A stretch of DNA of 64,000 bases from Epiperipatus broadwayi (taxonomy: Eukaryota > Animalia > Onychophora), in contig JAQFVV010000009.1 in the NCBI GenBank assembly GCA_028023455.1, positions 8,804,001 to 8,868,000 on the forward strand, written 5' to 3'. A program made the position numbers and the translations under genes. The notes below the pieces were generated by a model, which worked only from the letters and a program-made list of their open reading frames with translations, had not been told where the DNA came from and made no database searches. This document shows positions 38,445 to 51,108 of this stretch, one piece after another. Position 1 is the first letter of the stretch; every line of letters starts with the position of its first letter.

Positions 38445-40683
38445 TGAAGCAATGGATCTGGAAGTCTGATCCATGCTTCACAGCCTTATATAAACTTTCC
38501 AATATTGTAAACCTGGATTAAGTTTATATCTAAATATCAACAGGATTTTGCATAAAATATAAAATTAACGTGTTTTATTTTGTACATTTAATGCATATTA
38601 AATTTAGTTATTTGCTTTAAAATATTTTTTTTAAAGTAAAATTCTGTTTATTTGTTATTAAAATTTCCGTTTCAAAATTTAGTAATTAAACGTATATATA
38701 CGGAAGCGTGTATATATATATGAGTAAATGCAAAATTCAGTTGAAATAAAATCCTATTTTGTTAAAAGAAATAATAAAATATTTTTCTTTTAAATTTGGT
38801 TAAAATATGGTGTATGATTTTATTTTGAGATAAGCCTGCTAGCATTTCTAAAGGAATGGTATGTTTCAATTAGTTATCCCATTCAAGGCAAATTAAATAT
38901 GGTCTTTTTTAATTAATACAAATTCAAAAGTTAAATACAGAAATCTATAATAAGAAATTAAAAGTTTATTTTTAGAAAAAGTTACTTTGAAACAAAGGAG
39001 CATAGGCGGCTTATCAAGATCTAAAATAATATGCAAAACAATAGAAGGGTAGCTCCTGAAAAGGTATAAAAAGGAAAGGAGAACAAAAGACTCTTCTCTC
39101 TCTCTCTGAGTTTGTATGCGTCTTTGTGCCGATCCTGTGTTTAGACAATTCAGATTCTCTCTGAGTTCTTATGCTTATTCATGCAGATCCCATGCTTGGA
39201 TTCTTCATGAGATTTTGTTTCTAAAATCAGAAAAATATTGTTCCTGAATTAGGCAGATTTTGCTGTCCAACCCATTCAGATTTTGCTCCTGAATTTATTC
39301 AGCATTTGTCCTCGAAACTATTCTGGTCTTGGGCGTAAGAATTCGGCAGTTGGTGCTTTAAAGTGATCCTAGTTTTGTGGAAAATTTCCAGTTATAAGTT
39401 CCAAAATGTGACCAGTTAAAAGTTATACTAATTTGATGGATGCAACCATGTTTGGCGGCTAAGCACAATAGCTTTGCATGCTGCTGGGATCCTAATTCAT
39501 CAAAATGCTGTAACATGTTCAACAAATATAAACCTGAACTGCGAGCTGTGTCTGTGCACTTCATGATCAAATGCTGCATAGTTTCAATTTCCTTGTCCGG
39601 ACAAATCCCCACATATTTAATCAAGCCACCACATCGAGGGAACTAGATCCAAAGAACAAGGATCAGTAACTGTATAAATCTCCTCATGAACTATTACTTC
39701 CCTTTTTCTAAATACCTTTCACTACTTATGTCTTTAATTGCTGTTTATAATGAAACTGTTGTTCTTATTAGACTAATATTAGATTTATCTTATATTTATC
39801 GTTTGATCATTTACTTTATACTGAAATTTTTCCCCTTCGCTATTCCTCACTTTAAAATGTATATAAATGTTTTCTTGTTTTTTTTTATTTGCGGTTTAAA
39901 TTATTTTTTTTATTTAAAACTTTCCAATTTAAAGTCATATCTGTCATCTAAATAATAGTTAAGTTTCCTTTTTGTCTGCCAATTGGGTCTCCTCGATAAT
40001 GCCTACTTTGTTTGCATTCATTCCATCTTTAAATAAGAATTATTTTTAAGATATCTTTAAATATTTTAAAACTGTTTATAAAGCACAAAGCAACTAGAAA
40101 ATGCTTTGTGAAAGAGTTATTTTAATTTGGCTTTATCGAGGGGACACAAGTTGGTAATTTTATTTAAATTGGAAGAGTACTGTTTAGACTGCAAAATGTT
40201 ATGTAATTGCCCTCTGCCTTATGTCAAATTATTTATCATATAATCAATCGGGGAATGGCAGAGATAATTAAAACCTCTCAAATATTTAGCATTACATTTT
40301 ATTAAAATATATTATTTAATCTAAAAAGCTTAAGTCTTCTAATTTTATTTCAATTTCTGATTAGCTTAACCTTTATTTTACTTGTCCAATGATCCAGGCA
40401 CACACAAACACATTTCATATTATATTTTTATGCACATTTAACTTAGTTAGCTCTGTAAGGTGTTCTGTCCAATGTCTCCCTGATGCTAAGCTTGGGCCAG
40501 GTGAAAAAATAATTTATGCGTATCTCAGATATGTTGTTGTTTCGTAGTTACACTCGAGAATAGGCGAATAGGGCAGAGGCCATAGTATTCTTGATTTTTA
40601 TATCTCGTGTATGGGTAGCCTCAAGGTACTTTCACCTAGTATTCGAACTGAGTTAAACCAACATACATCATTTGACCAGTACA
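38445..40683 (+). repeat. 5' LTR (~2.24 kb)
   Basis: TG...CA termini. A TATA-like GGTATAAAAAGG at about 39063 is followed by a (CT)n tract. It contains about 0.5 kb (about 39640-40150) that is absent from the 3' LTR. Confidence 0.85.
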
Positions 40684-41774
40684 GTAGATTTTTTCCCCCA
40701 GATTTGGATGCCCATCCATGAGGCTATTGAATATTTCCACACCCTGGATATTGTTGAGCATATATATAATGTTTTTTTGCAATAACAGGAAATAGTAGAT
40801 ATGTGTAAGATTTTTTTTTCCAGATTTGTCGCACAAAATGGGCTGAATTTTATTTTGTAGAAGGAAAGGAGAAGGGACTTAAGGTATATATAGGTAAAAA
40901 AAATTCTCGAGTTTGTCTCCTTATGTGGGCCAAATTTCATTTTTAAGACTAATTAAAAATTTAAATGTGTCATAGTGTAAAAAAAATTTTTCTGAGTTTT
41001 AAATCTGATAGAATGAATATGTTACATTTAGAAAGGTTAACACTCTGTTAGTTTTTTTTTTTTTTTTAGTGAAATATAATGAGAATAAAATCTCAGAGTT
41101 ATAGCAAATTTTTTTTTTCCTAATTAGTAGAGTTTTGTCATGGCCAGCCGCCATATTGTTTTTTGTATAAAGTATATAGTTTCGATGCGGGTGGAAGTGT
41201 CAAATAAATACCCACCCACCCTTAAAATAGCTTAATTGCTTGATTTTTCTTGGTATTGCTTAAACATGAGCAATTTTAATATAATAATGTTTTTCGAAAT
41301 ATAGCGTACATCCTGCAGTGTTAATAATAGTAAAAAGTACAAATAGATAATTTTACATTTGTATAGATCTAATAGTTTGATAATAAATTTTTTTTTTCCA
41401 TTGTAGGAAATTCTTTTATTGTAGATCTAAAGTTGAATTATTGCAGATTGACACGTGTCAACGTACGGTGTCAGCAAATATTTTTTCACTTTCTCTGCGT
41501 TTCGTTTCTTTTTATGTATAATGAATAATTATAATCATGCAAAATTTTTTTTTCACTTTTAATTTTGCAATTACGTTTCCTCGCAAATAATAATATATAA
41601 GTTTTGTTTTAATAATATCAAACTTAATTTTCAACTTGATAAATAGTAAATGCGTTATATTCATTTTTTTTAATAAAAACCTATATAAAATATTATTTTG
41701 TATAACATAAATGTCAGCCACCTTTAGTTAAGATTTTTTTTTCTCAGTTCGGATTATGCTATTGGAATCATTTA

Positions 41775-41905
41775 TTGAGTAACCATTTGGTGAAGTCCTT
41801 TTTAGTAACCGTTAGGTGAAGACTCCTTAGTAACCATTTTGGTGAAGACCTTTTAGTAACCATTTTGGCAAAGACCTTTTTAGTAACCGTTAGATGAAGA
41901 TCTCT
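41775..41905. repeat. ~25-bp imperfect tandem repeat in the LTR element leader
   Basis: About 5 copies of ttagtaacc(att/gtt)..ggtgaagac. Confidence 0.85.
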
Positions 41906-43435
41906 TACATTTTAGAGTTCTGAATTGTGAGTAGCCTGAAAGAATAGGTCTGCATTTGCAATCATTGTTTCCTCATTATATTTGTGACCTGCGTTTACTA
42001 ACCTGAAATAATAGGAGTATGTGGTCTGCAATATGATGAACCTTTTGTAATAAATTCATGTACATGAAGATAAAAGAAATATTTATATAGGTATATCTGT
42101 TTGTATATTTGTATGCTGTCATATATATGCTTATTTAGTGAAGTATATATTCATATATATGGGTGTATATGGTATACATTTCGTTTATAGTTCGGTAAAA
42201 CCCATTTTTATGTAAATGTTTTTTAACAGTTTTTGGTTTCCATACATTATCTTTAAAATTGCTTGATAATTGTATAACTATTTCGGGTTGTGACCAAAAT
42301 GGTATTTGGTTTCGATCCCTGGTTCATAATTCGGAGTAGCAGTTATCATGTCATTTTACTTTTATTTTAATTTTTTTTTGTTTTGTTAATCGTACTTTGG
42401 CTGTCTGAATTTATATTTTTTTGTCATGATCAAAATGGTAGCATGGTTTCGAATCCAGGTCATACGTATTACCTTACTTAGTTGATATATGTCCTAGATA
42501 AAATTTTAAAATCATTTAAAATAGCATTTACTTATTCATGCAGGGATTTTTTTCGTTTAGCAGAATCATATTAGGAAGAAATTTTTTTTGAAAGAGAGGT
42601 GAAATTTTAATTACTTTAAACTTTATAAATCTTTATCAATGTGTGCTTGGATCATTATCCATAAAATGTATATTTGATATGGCTATCACCTTGTTGACTG
42701 GTGTCCTCCTATCAAATAAATTTGTCAGCAAGTGTAATTGCTCATATTAGATTACAAATAAACCAAACCATAAGTATAGTAGATGATTAAAATAACAATG
42801 TATGCTTAGTGAGCCAAAACAATTTAAACATGGCATATGTATATTTTTGCTCACATATTCACTTTGGATATATATAAACTTGTTGTATTAATGTAAATGC
42901 ATTTTTTTTTAGTTGTTTCAGGTGTCAGAGAAAGCCGGGTCAAGCTGTAAGTGCATTATTTGTGATTATATTGTGACAAGAACATAGCAGTAAATAAATG
43001 AATTGCTGCGACATTAACAATAAAATAAAAAAATATATATAGAAGTAAATTGAGGAGTTTCATATATGTAGAATTAATATAAAACAGACACAGATAGGGC
43101 AAGATTTTTTTTCCATTGTAAAATCGACACATTTGGGCATTTGTGTAAATAAGACCTTGTTAGGTAGGCAAAGTTGTGATTTCTAAATACAATACAAAAG
43201 TAAAAGTGTTAGTTATATAAAATAAAAATTATAATATTGATTTATTTGACAAAGAAATAAAATTTTGTTTTAGTAAAAAGTATAAGAATATACAAAAGTA
43301 TATAGCAGCTAAACACTTATAGTAAAATATATTTATTTCTTGTTGTCTCTAGGTTAGTAGAGATAGACTTAAATTTTCATCAAACGCGAAAATAAGTTAT
43401 AAGTTATTGTCAAACAAAATAGCCAGTATTAGAAA

Positions 43436-44050
43436 ATGGAGGAACAGAATAGAGACGAAGACTACGACAGTGAGGAGGTAGTATTCAACCTTCCCAAAAT
43501 TTCAACACATAGTCATAGTGGTCGAAAATATAATTTGGAAGCTCTCATCAAAGAAATGAGAGAGGAAAGAAAAATGATGATGATCATGTTCCAAGAAGTT
43601 ATGAGAAATATATCACAAAGATTAAACCATTTAGAGGAAAATATGGAACTCCATCAAAAACAGAGTAGTATGACAAAAGCATCACCAGATGATGATACTC
43701 ACATAATGTGGCAGGTTAAACATAGATCATAAGAACAAGATGATACTGATGTGAAATCCTTGATTAATGACGAAACAGGCAAAGCCACTCAACATTGGGA
43801 TGTGTCTATAAAACATGACATACGAGATGGAGAAGAAAATGGGCAAATGAAGGAGAATAGTGAGAAAACAAACAATCTTTAGACTTTGAACCCAATCCAG
43901 ATGCAACAAGGCAGTCAAATCTTAACTCCAATAATAATCAATACTGTAACATTTCCTGTGGCAAAGTTTATCCACATACAATGTTTTAGAGGGGAACCGG
44001 ATGGGAACCTTAGACACCACCTAGATAGCTTAAAAATGTTTTCCAGTCCA
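43436..44050 (+). pseudogene. gag-like remnant of the LTR element
   Basis: ORF 43436-43732 has an acidic N-terminus and a coiled coil. After disruptions it continues as FPVAK..CFRGEPDGNLRHHLDSLKMFS, resembling the start of the retrotransposon Gag capsid domain. Confidence 0.55.
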
Positions 44051-44054
44051 GAAT

Positions 44055-44351
44055 ATGACTGAGCAAGAAAAGGCAGCATGTGAAAAATTAAGATATATGG
44101 TTCTGCATCGAAAGAATAAAAAACGAAACTGGCAATATCAATTCAGGCAAGGGGAGCAAGTAGGGCTGAGAGACCCTAGGCCAAGTAATGCATCGCAGAA
44201 AGAATTTATATATCAAGGACCATACATGTTGAAAAAGGAATGTGGAAGAAATGCTTTTCTTTTGGAAGATAGTCACGGCATAAAAGGAGTGTATAATGGT
44301 AGAAACCTAAAACCTTGCATACCACTAGACCCTGGAAAATACAAAAATTAA
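44055..44351 (+). pseudogene. Integrase C-terminal (GPY/F) remnant
   Basis: FRQGEQVGLRD...YQGPYMLKKECGRNAFLLED....GVYNGRNLKP matches the Gypsy integrase C-terminal pattern. Confidence 0.75.
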
Positions 44352-44590
44352 AAAAATTAAATAACTTGTTAGATTAGGAACAATACTGGACCCGATTTAG
44401 GTATATGATATTGAATTATGGATAGACCGTTCATTATATGATAAAGAAAAGAAAGACCGTTAGTTAGTTACTAAAGTAAATATTACAGCATTTTAAAGAG
44501 TAGACTTGAACTCAACTGGCACAAATTTTATCTCTGACCTGAAGCAGCTGCATTTTTTTTAACATTTTTTTCTCACTAACTATTGGGAAA

Positions 44591-44881
44591 TGAAGCAATG
44601 GATCTGGAAGTCCAATCCATACTTCACAGCCTTATATAAACTTTCCAATATTGTAAACCTGGATTAAGTTTATATCTAAATATCAACAGGATTTTGCATA
44701 AAATATAAAATTAACATGTTTTATTTTGTACATTTAACGCATATTAAATTTAGTTATTTGATTTAAAATATTTCTTTTAAAGTAAAATTCTGTTTAAGTT
44801 TGTTATTAAAATTTCCATTTTAAAATTTAGTAATCAAACATATATTTATGGAAGCGTATATATATATATATATACGCTTCC

Positions 44882-44926
<45 letters not shown>

Positions 44927-46396
44927 TAAATGCAAAATTCTGTTGAAATAAAATGTTATTTTGTTAAAGAAATAATAAGATATTTTTCTTTTAAATTTTG
45001 TTAAAATATGGTGTATGATTTTATTTTGAGATTAGCCTGCTAGCATTTCTAAAGGAATTGTATGTTTCAATTAGTTAGCCCACTCAAGGCAAATTAAATA
45101 TGGTTTTTTTTTAATTAATACAAATTCAAAAGTTAAATACAGAAATCTATAATAAAAAATTAAAAGTTTATTTTTAGAAAAGTTACTTTGAAACAAAGGA
45201 GCATAGGGGGCTTATCAAGATCTCAAATCATACACAAAACAATAGAAGGGTAGCTCCTGAAAAGGTATAAAAAGGAGAGGAAAACCAAAAACTGGGTCTT
45301 CTCTCTCTCTCTGAGTTCTTATGTGTCTTTATGCAGAGCCTGTGTTTAGATTATTCAGATTTTACTTTTAAAATCTCTCTGAATTCTTATGCTTATTTGT
45401 GCAGATCCTGTGCTTTGATTCTTCGTGAGATTTTGTTTCTAAAATCAAAAAAATATTGTTCCTGAATTAGGTAGATTTTGCTGTTTAACCTATTCAGATT
45501 TTGCTCCTGAATTTATTCAGCATTTGTCTTTGAAACTATTCTCGTCTTGTGTGTAAGGATTCAGCAGTCGGTGCTTTAAAGTGATCCTAGTTTTGCGGAA
45601 AATTTCCAGTTATAAGTTCCAACATGTGACTGATTAAAAGTTATACTAATTTGGTGGACGCAACCATGTTTGGCAGCTAGGTACAACAATTTGCCTGCCG
45701 CCAGGGTCCTAATCGATCAAAATGCCATAACACGTCCAACAAATAGAAATCTGAACTGTGAGCCATGTCTGTGCATTTCATTATCAAATGCTGCATAGTT
45801 TCAATTTCCTTGTCCAGACAAATCCCTGCATATTTAATCCAACCACCATGTCAAGGGAACTGGTAATTTCATTTAAATTGGGAGAGTACTGTTTAGATTG
45901 CAAAATGTTATGTAATTGCCCTCCACCTTATGTCAAATTATTTATCATATAATCAATCGGGGAATAGCGGAGATAATTAAAACCTTTCAAATATTTAGCA
46001 TTACATTTTATTAAAATATATTATTTAATCTAAAAAGCTTAAGTCTTCTAATTTTATTTCAATTTTTGATTAGCTTAACTTTTATTTTACTTGTCCAATG
46101 ATCCAGGCACACACAAACATATATTTCATATTATATTTTTATGCACATTTAACTTAGTTAGCTCTGTAAGGTGTTCTGTCCATTGTCTCTCCCTGATACT
46201 AAGCTTGGGCTGTGTGAGAAAATAATTTATGCGTATCTCAGATATGTTATTGTTTCGTAGTTAGACTCGAGAATAGGCAAACAGGGCAGAGGCCATAGTA
46301 TTCTTGATTTTTATATCTCATGTATGGGTGGCCTTGAGGTACTTTCACCTAGTATTCGAACTGGGTTAAACCAACATACATCATCTGACCGGTACA
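44591..46396 (+). repeat. 3' LTR (~1.81 kb)
   Basis: Colinear, visibly diverged copy of 38445-40683, followed by the TSD ATAC. Confidence 0.85.
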
Positions 46397-48799
46397 ATAC
46401 AAATACAGTTATTTGAAGTAAAAAAACTACTAATGATTTTTTTTTATTATCAATAAATTTGTTTTTGTCCAATTAATAAAAGAATAAAATGTAGTGTGTG
46501 CATATTAAATATATGTTAAATAAAAAAACTCATAGTTTTTTTTTTTTTGTCTTTGGAGGAAAAGAATGATGGAATTTAGCCAGTGCTGAAATCATACAGG
46601 GCAGAGCCCTCAGATGTAAATATATATATTTAATTCTCAAATTGATAGTGCTTAGTAATAATTATGTAGAATTTTTTTTAATAGAATTATGTTTAAGGGT
46701 ATCTGAATGAGTTTCCATATTTATTATTTATTTAGCTATAGATTTAAACAGCATGACTATTAAAGAAACTTGTAGAAATTCCAATCAGGTGATAGATTCA
46801 CTAGGAGCTTTATTAAGCTCAATCATATTACTACCACCATACATTTGATAGTCATTAAATATATGGTTTATATTTTATCTTTGTCTACATTTTACAAATA
46901 TCAGTGATTAATAAATTTCATTTATGAAGCAGATGAGCACAAAGATCATGAATTATCCTGAATCTGTTGATGAGATTCCAGTTGTACTTTGGAAGATCAA
47001 AACCAGATAATTATTATATGAGCAGGAAAAAATTATTTGGAATCTTGTAAGAATTGTATTTTTCATGCTATAATATTTCAACAGCAGTTTTTTGATAGAT
47101 CATGGGAAAAAAAATCTTGATTTGAGACAAGTCTTAAATGGTGAAAATATATCTATTGGCAAGTCTCATCTGATGAACAGTTTTGTATACATTTTCTGTG
47201 AAGCAATTTTTTTTCTAATATCTGTTAGAGGGATATGTGAAAGAACAAGAAGCCAGTGCAAAGCAGCAAACTTAAATCTATAAATAATATTTCTCATGGT
47301 AATATTTGGATATCTAGAAACTTAATGTGAGAACTTTTTCTTCAACAGGAACACAATATTTACAACAGAATATGCTATGTTGAGGAAGATATCCATATGG
47401 TATTGACATCACAACTACAAATAGTACTAACTAGCTTTTCAAGAAGGTTATTCCTAGAAATTTATTTCGATTTAACTTTAGATAAATGAGAAAAATGAAA
47501 AGCTATGATTCAAGTCACTGCTAAATAACATGAGATAGGATCAAATTTCAAACTACTACTGCAAAAAATGCATCCAGATTATAACATGGTTCCCTATTGT
47601 TAAATGAGAAATTAAATATGCTGTCTTCATTGTATTAAGATAGACCCCAGTCTTTGAAAAACGTTTTCAATTTTTTAAAAATAATTATTGAAAGACATCT
47701 AAATTTTGAAAAGAGATCTTTAAGTCAAGGCAATATTATCAGTATAGATGAATTTTCTGCCATATCTGGAAAATCATTGGTGAATATATTAAAGTAAGTG
47801 AAAGAACAACTCTATGGCAGCTTGTTCTGTAAAATTTGGTATCTAACATGATCATTTAATGTTACTTGCACTTTTTTTTTATTGGAGAATATTTTGTCAA
47901 GTAATGAATTTTCATACATTTAAGAATTTAGATCATTGTAAAAAGATCATTTTTCCAAACAGAATCATAAGCTGAGGTTAGATAAATAAAGCAGTAGTCT
48001 TAGTTCATTTTGCAAGCCTTTTTCAGAGTGAATTATTAAAAATAAAAAGATATTCACAACAGCTTCTGGGACTAAAAACAGCCAACTCTATATGAAGCTG
48101 ATTCTCAACTATTAGTAAAATTCTTATTAATATTGATCCTTTCAAAAAGTTTATACAAAACACATAGTAATAACATTGGGCAATAATTTTAAAACTGCTA
48201 TTAATTTTGTTTGTATGCCAAATTTTACAAATACTCCATGAGTAATGTTATTGTATAATTCTGCCAAATATGCTTTAGTTTTAAGTCCTACATTTTTTAG
48301 AAATTCTGAAAATTTATTATCTGTTCCCAGGGTTTTTTCTGATTTAAATCAAGCAAGGGAAAATTATAGTTCATCAATAGTTTAAGGTTTTATCAAATTG
48401 CTTTTATAAGAATATTGTGAGAGAAATATAGTAACTCTTTTAGAAATACTTTTATATCCATTAAGTTTTTGTAAAAAGACCCAAGCTTTACAAATCGATC
48501 CGGAAAAGTTTTGTTTCTCCATCATCTCTTCATTTTTTGTTCCTGACATCAGTTTGCCAACAATTTCTGGATCTTTTTTCATAAAAAAAAAAAGCTATAA
48601 AGAGCGATTGCAATTAAAAATTTGATAAAGGGTGAGTTGGAGAGATTCTATTACTATTAATATTTTATTCAACTTATCCAGAATGTCAATTCCATTTAGG
48701 TTTACTTAAATTCCATCCTAGAACAGGACAGTCTTCAATTGTAGGAATGCAGATTCCAAGAGTGATAAACTTAATTTATTGTGACTATGGAGAAAAATG

Positions 48800-49800
48800 A
48801 TCTAATATTAGTAGTTCAGCAGCTAGTGATGAACCTTTTTTTTTTTTAAATAAAACATAAATCAGTTGTTTCTGTTCTCTATTTGCCTGAATGGAATGTT
48901 TCTCTTTAATTAGTATCTTAAATAAGTGCATAATATTTAATTTCATCTAGGCTATAAGCTGGAAACCTGCTTGATTTTTATTTATGTAACCCCAAAGACT
49001 ACTGTGAGAATTGAAATCTCCTACAATACACAAGATGTAGGAGGATCTGGAAGTGGATGGTATGGTGGATTTGTATTACGGGGTTTGTAAACAAAGCACA
49101 TATAAAAATTATTTGAATGATAATTGCAATATTATTTGAATTATCTTCAATGGTTGTTCAAACAAAAACAGCCATATCATGTTAAGAATGCATTCTATCA
49201 TTAATCAATATAAATTCAGGAATTTTAAGAATATATGCATTATTAGAAGAATAATGAGTCTTTTGAAATACAATGACATTAATGTTATGCTGTTCATTTA
49301 ATTTGTAGAGAATCTTCATTTTCGATTTTGATATACTCTCAGTGTTGAATAAATATTGTGCTTCCTAGGCAAAAAAGAAGATCACTGTAGAAGGTATACC
49401 TGAGATGAATAAATGTTCATCTTGCCAAGGCCTGATCTGATGCATTAGTAAATGAGTCTGTCTACACATGGAAACCCAATTTCATCTTAATGAATTCCAG
49501 ATCAAGACAGCACATTGTGAAAATGTATTCTGTGAAAACATATTAACAAATTCAGTTTACTTGAATAAACAGAGCAAATAACTTTTATTAATTGATTTTC
49601 TAGATGTATCTGTGGCTTTTTTGCATTAATAGAATAGAACAACATAATGAAATATGTAGCTGTTTCTGTGGCTTCTATATTTATGTATTATTTAAATGAA
49701 GTAATGTATGAGTTATCAATAGCAATTATCACAAACTGCACTATTGCATAATCAGTTTTTAGTATTTTATTTTAAACATATTTCTTAAATAATAAAGTAA
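48800..49800 (-). mobile_element. Decayed APE endonuclease LINE fragment, same family as 7950-8800
   Basis: The minus strand at about 49185-49285 reads INVIVFQKTHYSSNNAYILKIPEFILINDRMHS. Confidence 0.55.
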
Positions 49801-49818
49801 ATAGTATTATTACTTAAG

Positions 49819-50820
49819 CATCATCACCACTATTGTCAAATATTATCAATCGACTGCAAGGTCAAGTTCTCTCCAAGTTCAATCCATCGCCTATCTCAAG
49901 CCTTTCTTCTCCACATCTCCACTGCACACTTTCTTCTTTCATCCATCCATCTCACATGTAGTCTCTTTCTGGTTCTTTGATAATCTCATGGAATCTAGTT
50001 CAAGATTTCAACTATCCACCTATTATAATCTCTTCTAGCAATATGTCCAGTCCAACTCCACTTCAGTCTTTACCAATGTATTTCATTTTTAATCTCTTCT
50101 TGTTAATCCTAATATGCATCTTTCCATGCTTCTTTGAGTAGTCTGAAGTCTCTGTGTTGCTCTTCTGTTAAGTACCTAAGTCTCAGATCTATAAATAAGA
50201 CCTGGTAAAACACATTTATTAAAAACTTCTTTTTCAAACATATAAGCATATCTTCTTTTAATATTAAGTTATTTCTATCAAAAGCACTATAAGTTTAATT
50301 ATTTGATTAATTTTATTCATTATGATTCCATCTGTAGTAATAATCTGAACAAAATATTTGTAGTTGTTAACTTCTACTAAATTCTATTTTCAAAGTTTGA
50401 GGAAATTCATTGAACATAACTTTAATCTTATAATGTTTACCTTTAGTCCTACTTTCTTACTTTCATCAACTCTTGCAACATTTCCTGAAGTTCTGAAGCA
50501 TTATTTGGAAAAACAACTATATCATCTACAATAAATGACTTAAATAATTTCCATTTACTTTTATTCCTTTGTTGCCCATTTTAATCCATAAAATACTTCT
50601 TGTAACACTGATGTAAAAAGTTTTGGAGATATGGAGTCAACCTGTCATACACTCTTTTTGATTCTAATCCTTGCAGTATCATCATGTAATCTAATGATTG
50701 CAGTTGCATTTTTATAAATATTCTTCAAAATATATCCTGGGTCTATCTATATACTTGATGATCCAATGCTTTAATCACAGAAGAAATGCTTATAAAATCA
50801 AATACCTTCTCTACAAAATT
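49819..50820 (-). mobile_element. Degenerate 3' fragment of an RTE LINE
   Basis: Colinear nucleotide similarity to about 3359-4430, including the CATCATCA tail and the TATCAATC(C/G)ACTGCA end. Confidence 0.88.
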
Positions 50821-51108
50821 AAATTTTACCTTTACCAAAATTTATACTTTTCATTTAAAAAAATGTTCAACTCTATAATCTTTTAATCAGTGCTCTTGTC
50901 CTTATTTGTTTTTTTTTTTTTATGATGACATTCAAAAATCATTATGATATAGATTTTCCACAAATTTTTATATTGCAAATTACAAATTGTTTTAAAACAA
51001 AGCAAAAATTTATATGCTAATAAAAATTCTATATAAAAAAAAAGAAACAAAATTAAGCAAGATTCATTAATATTGGTACAATATTTGTTAAGTTGTAAAG
51101 TCATAAAT

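Larger units (their letters stand above)
38445..46396 (+). mobile_element. Internally deleted, non-autonomous Ty3/Gypsy-type LTR retrotransposon with both LTRs and TSD
   Basis: Direct repeats 38445-40683 and 44591-46396 both begin TGAAGCAATGG and end GTACA. A 4-bp TSD ATAC lies at 38441-38444 and 46397-46400. A short purine run GGGAAA precedes the 3' LTR. Internally, gag-like (43436-44050, FRGEPDGNL) and integrase C-terminal (YQGPY..., 44055-44351) remnants remain, with no protease, RT or RNase H. Confidence 0.88.

Noticed and set aside
40684-40725. Primer-binding site for the LTR element (TGGATGCCCATCC, weak tRNA-Pro similarity)
   Set aside because: It lies about 20 nt from the LTR end and matches only about 11/18, so no PBS can be called.
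41775-41905. 25-bp repeats as a CRISPR-like array
   Set aside because: There are no unique spacers and the context is eukaryotic; it is an ordinary tandem repeat in a retrotransposon leader.
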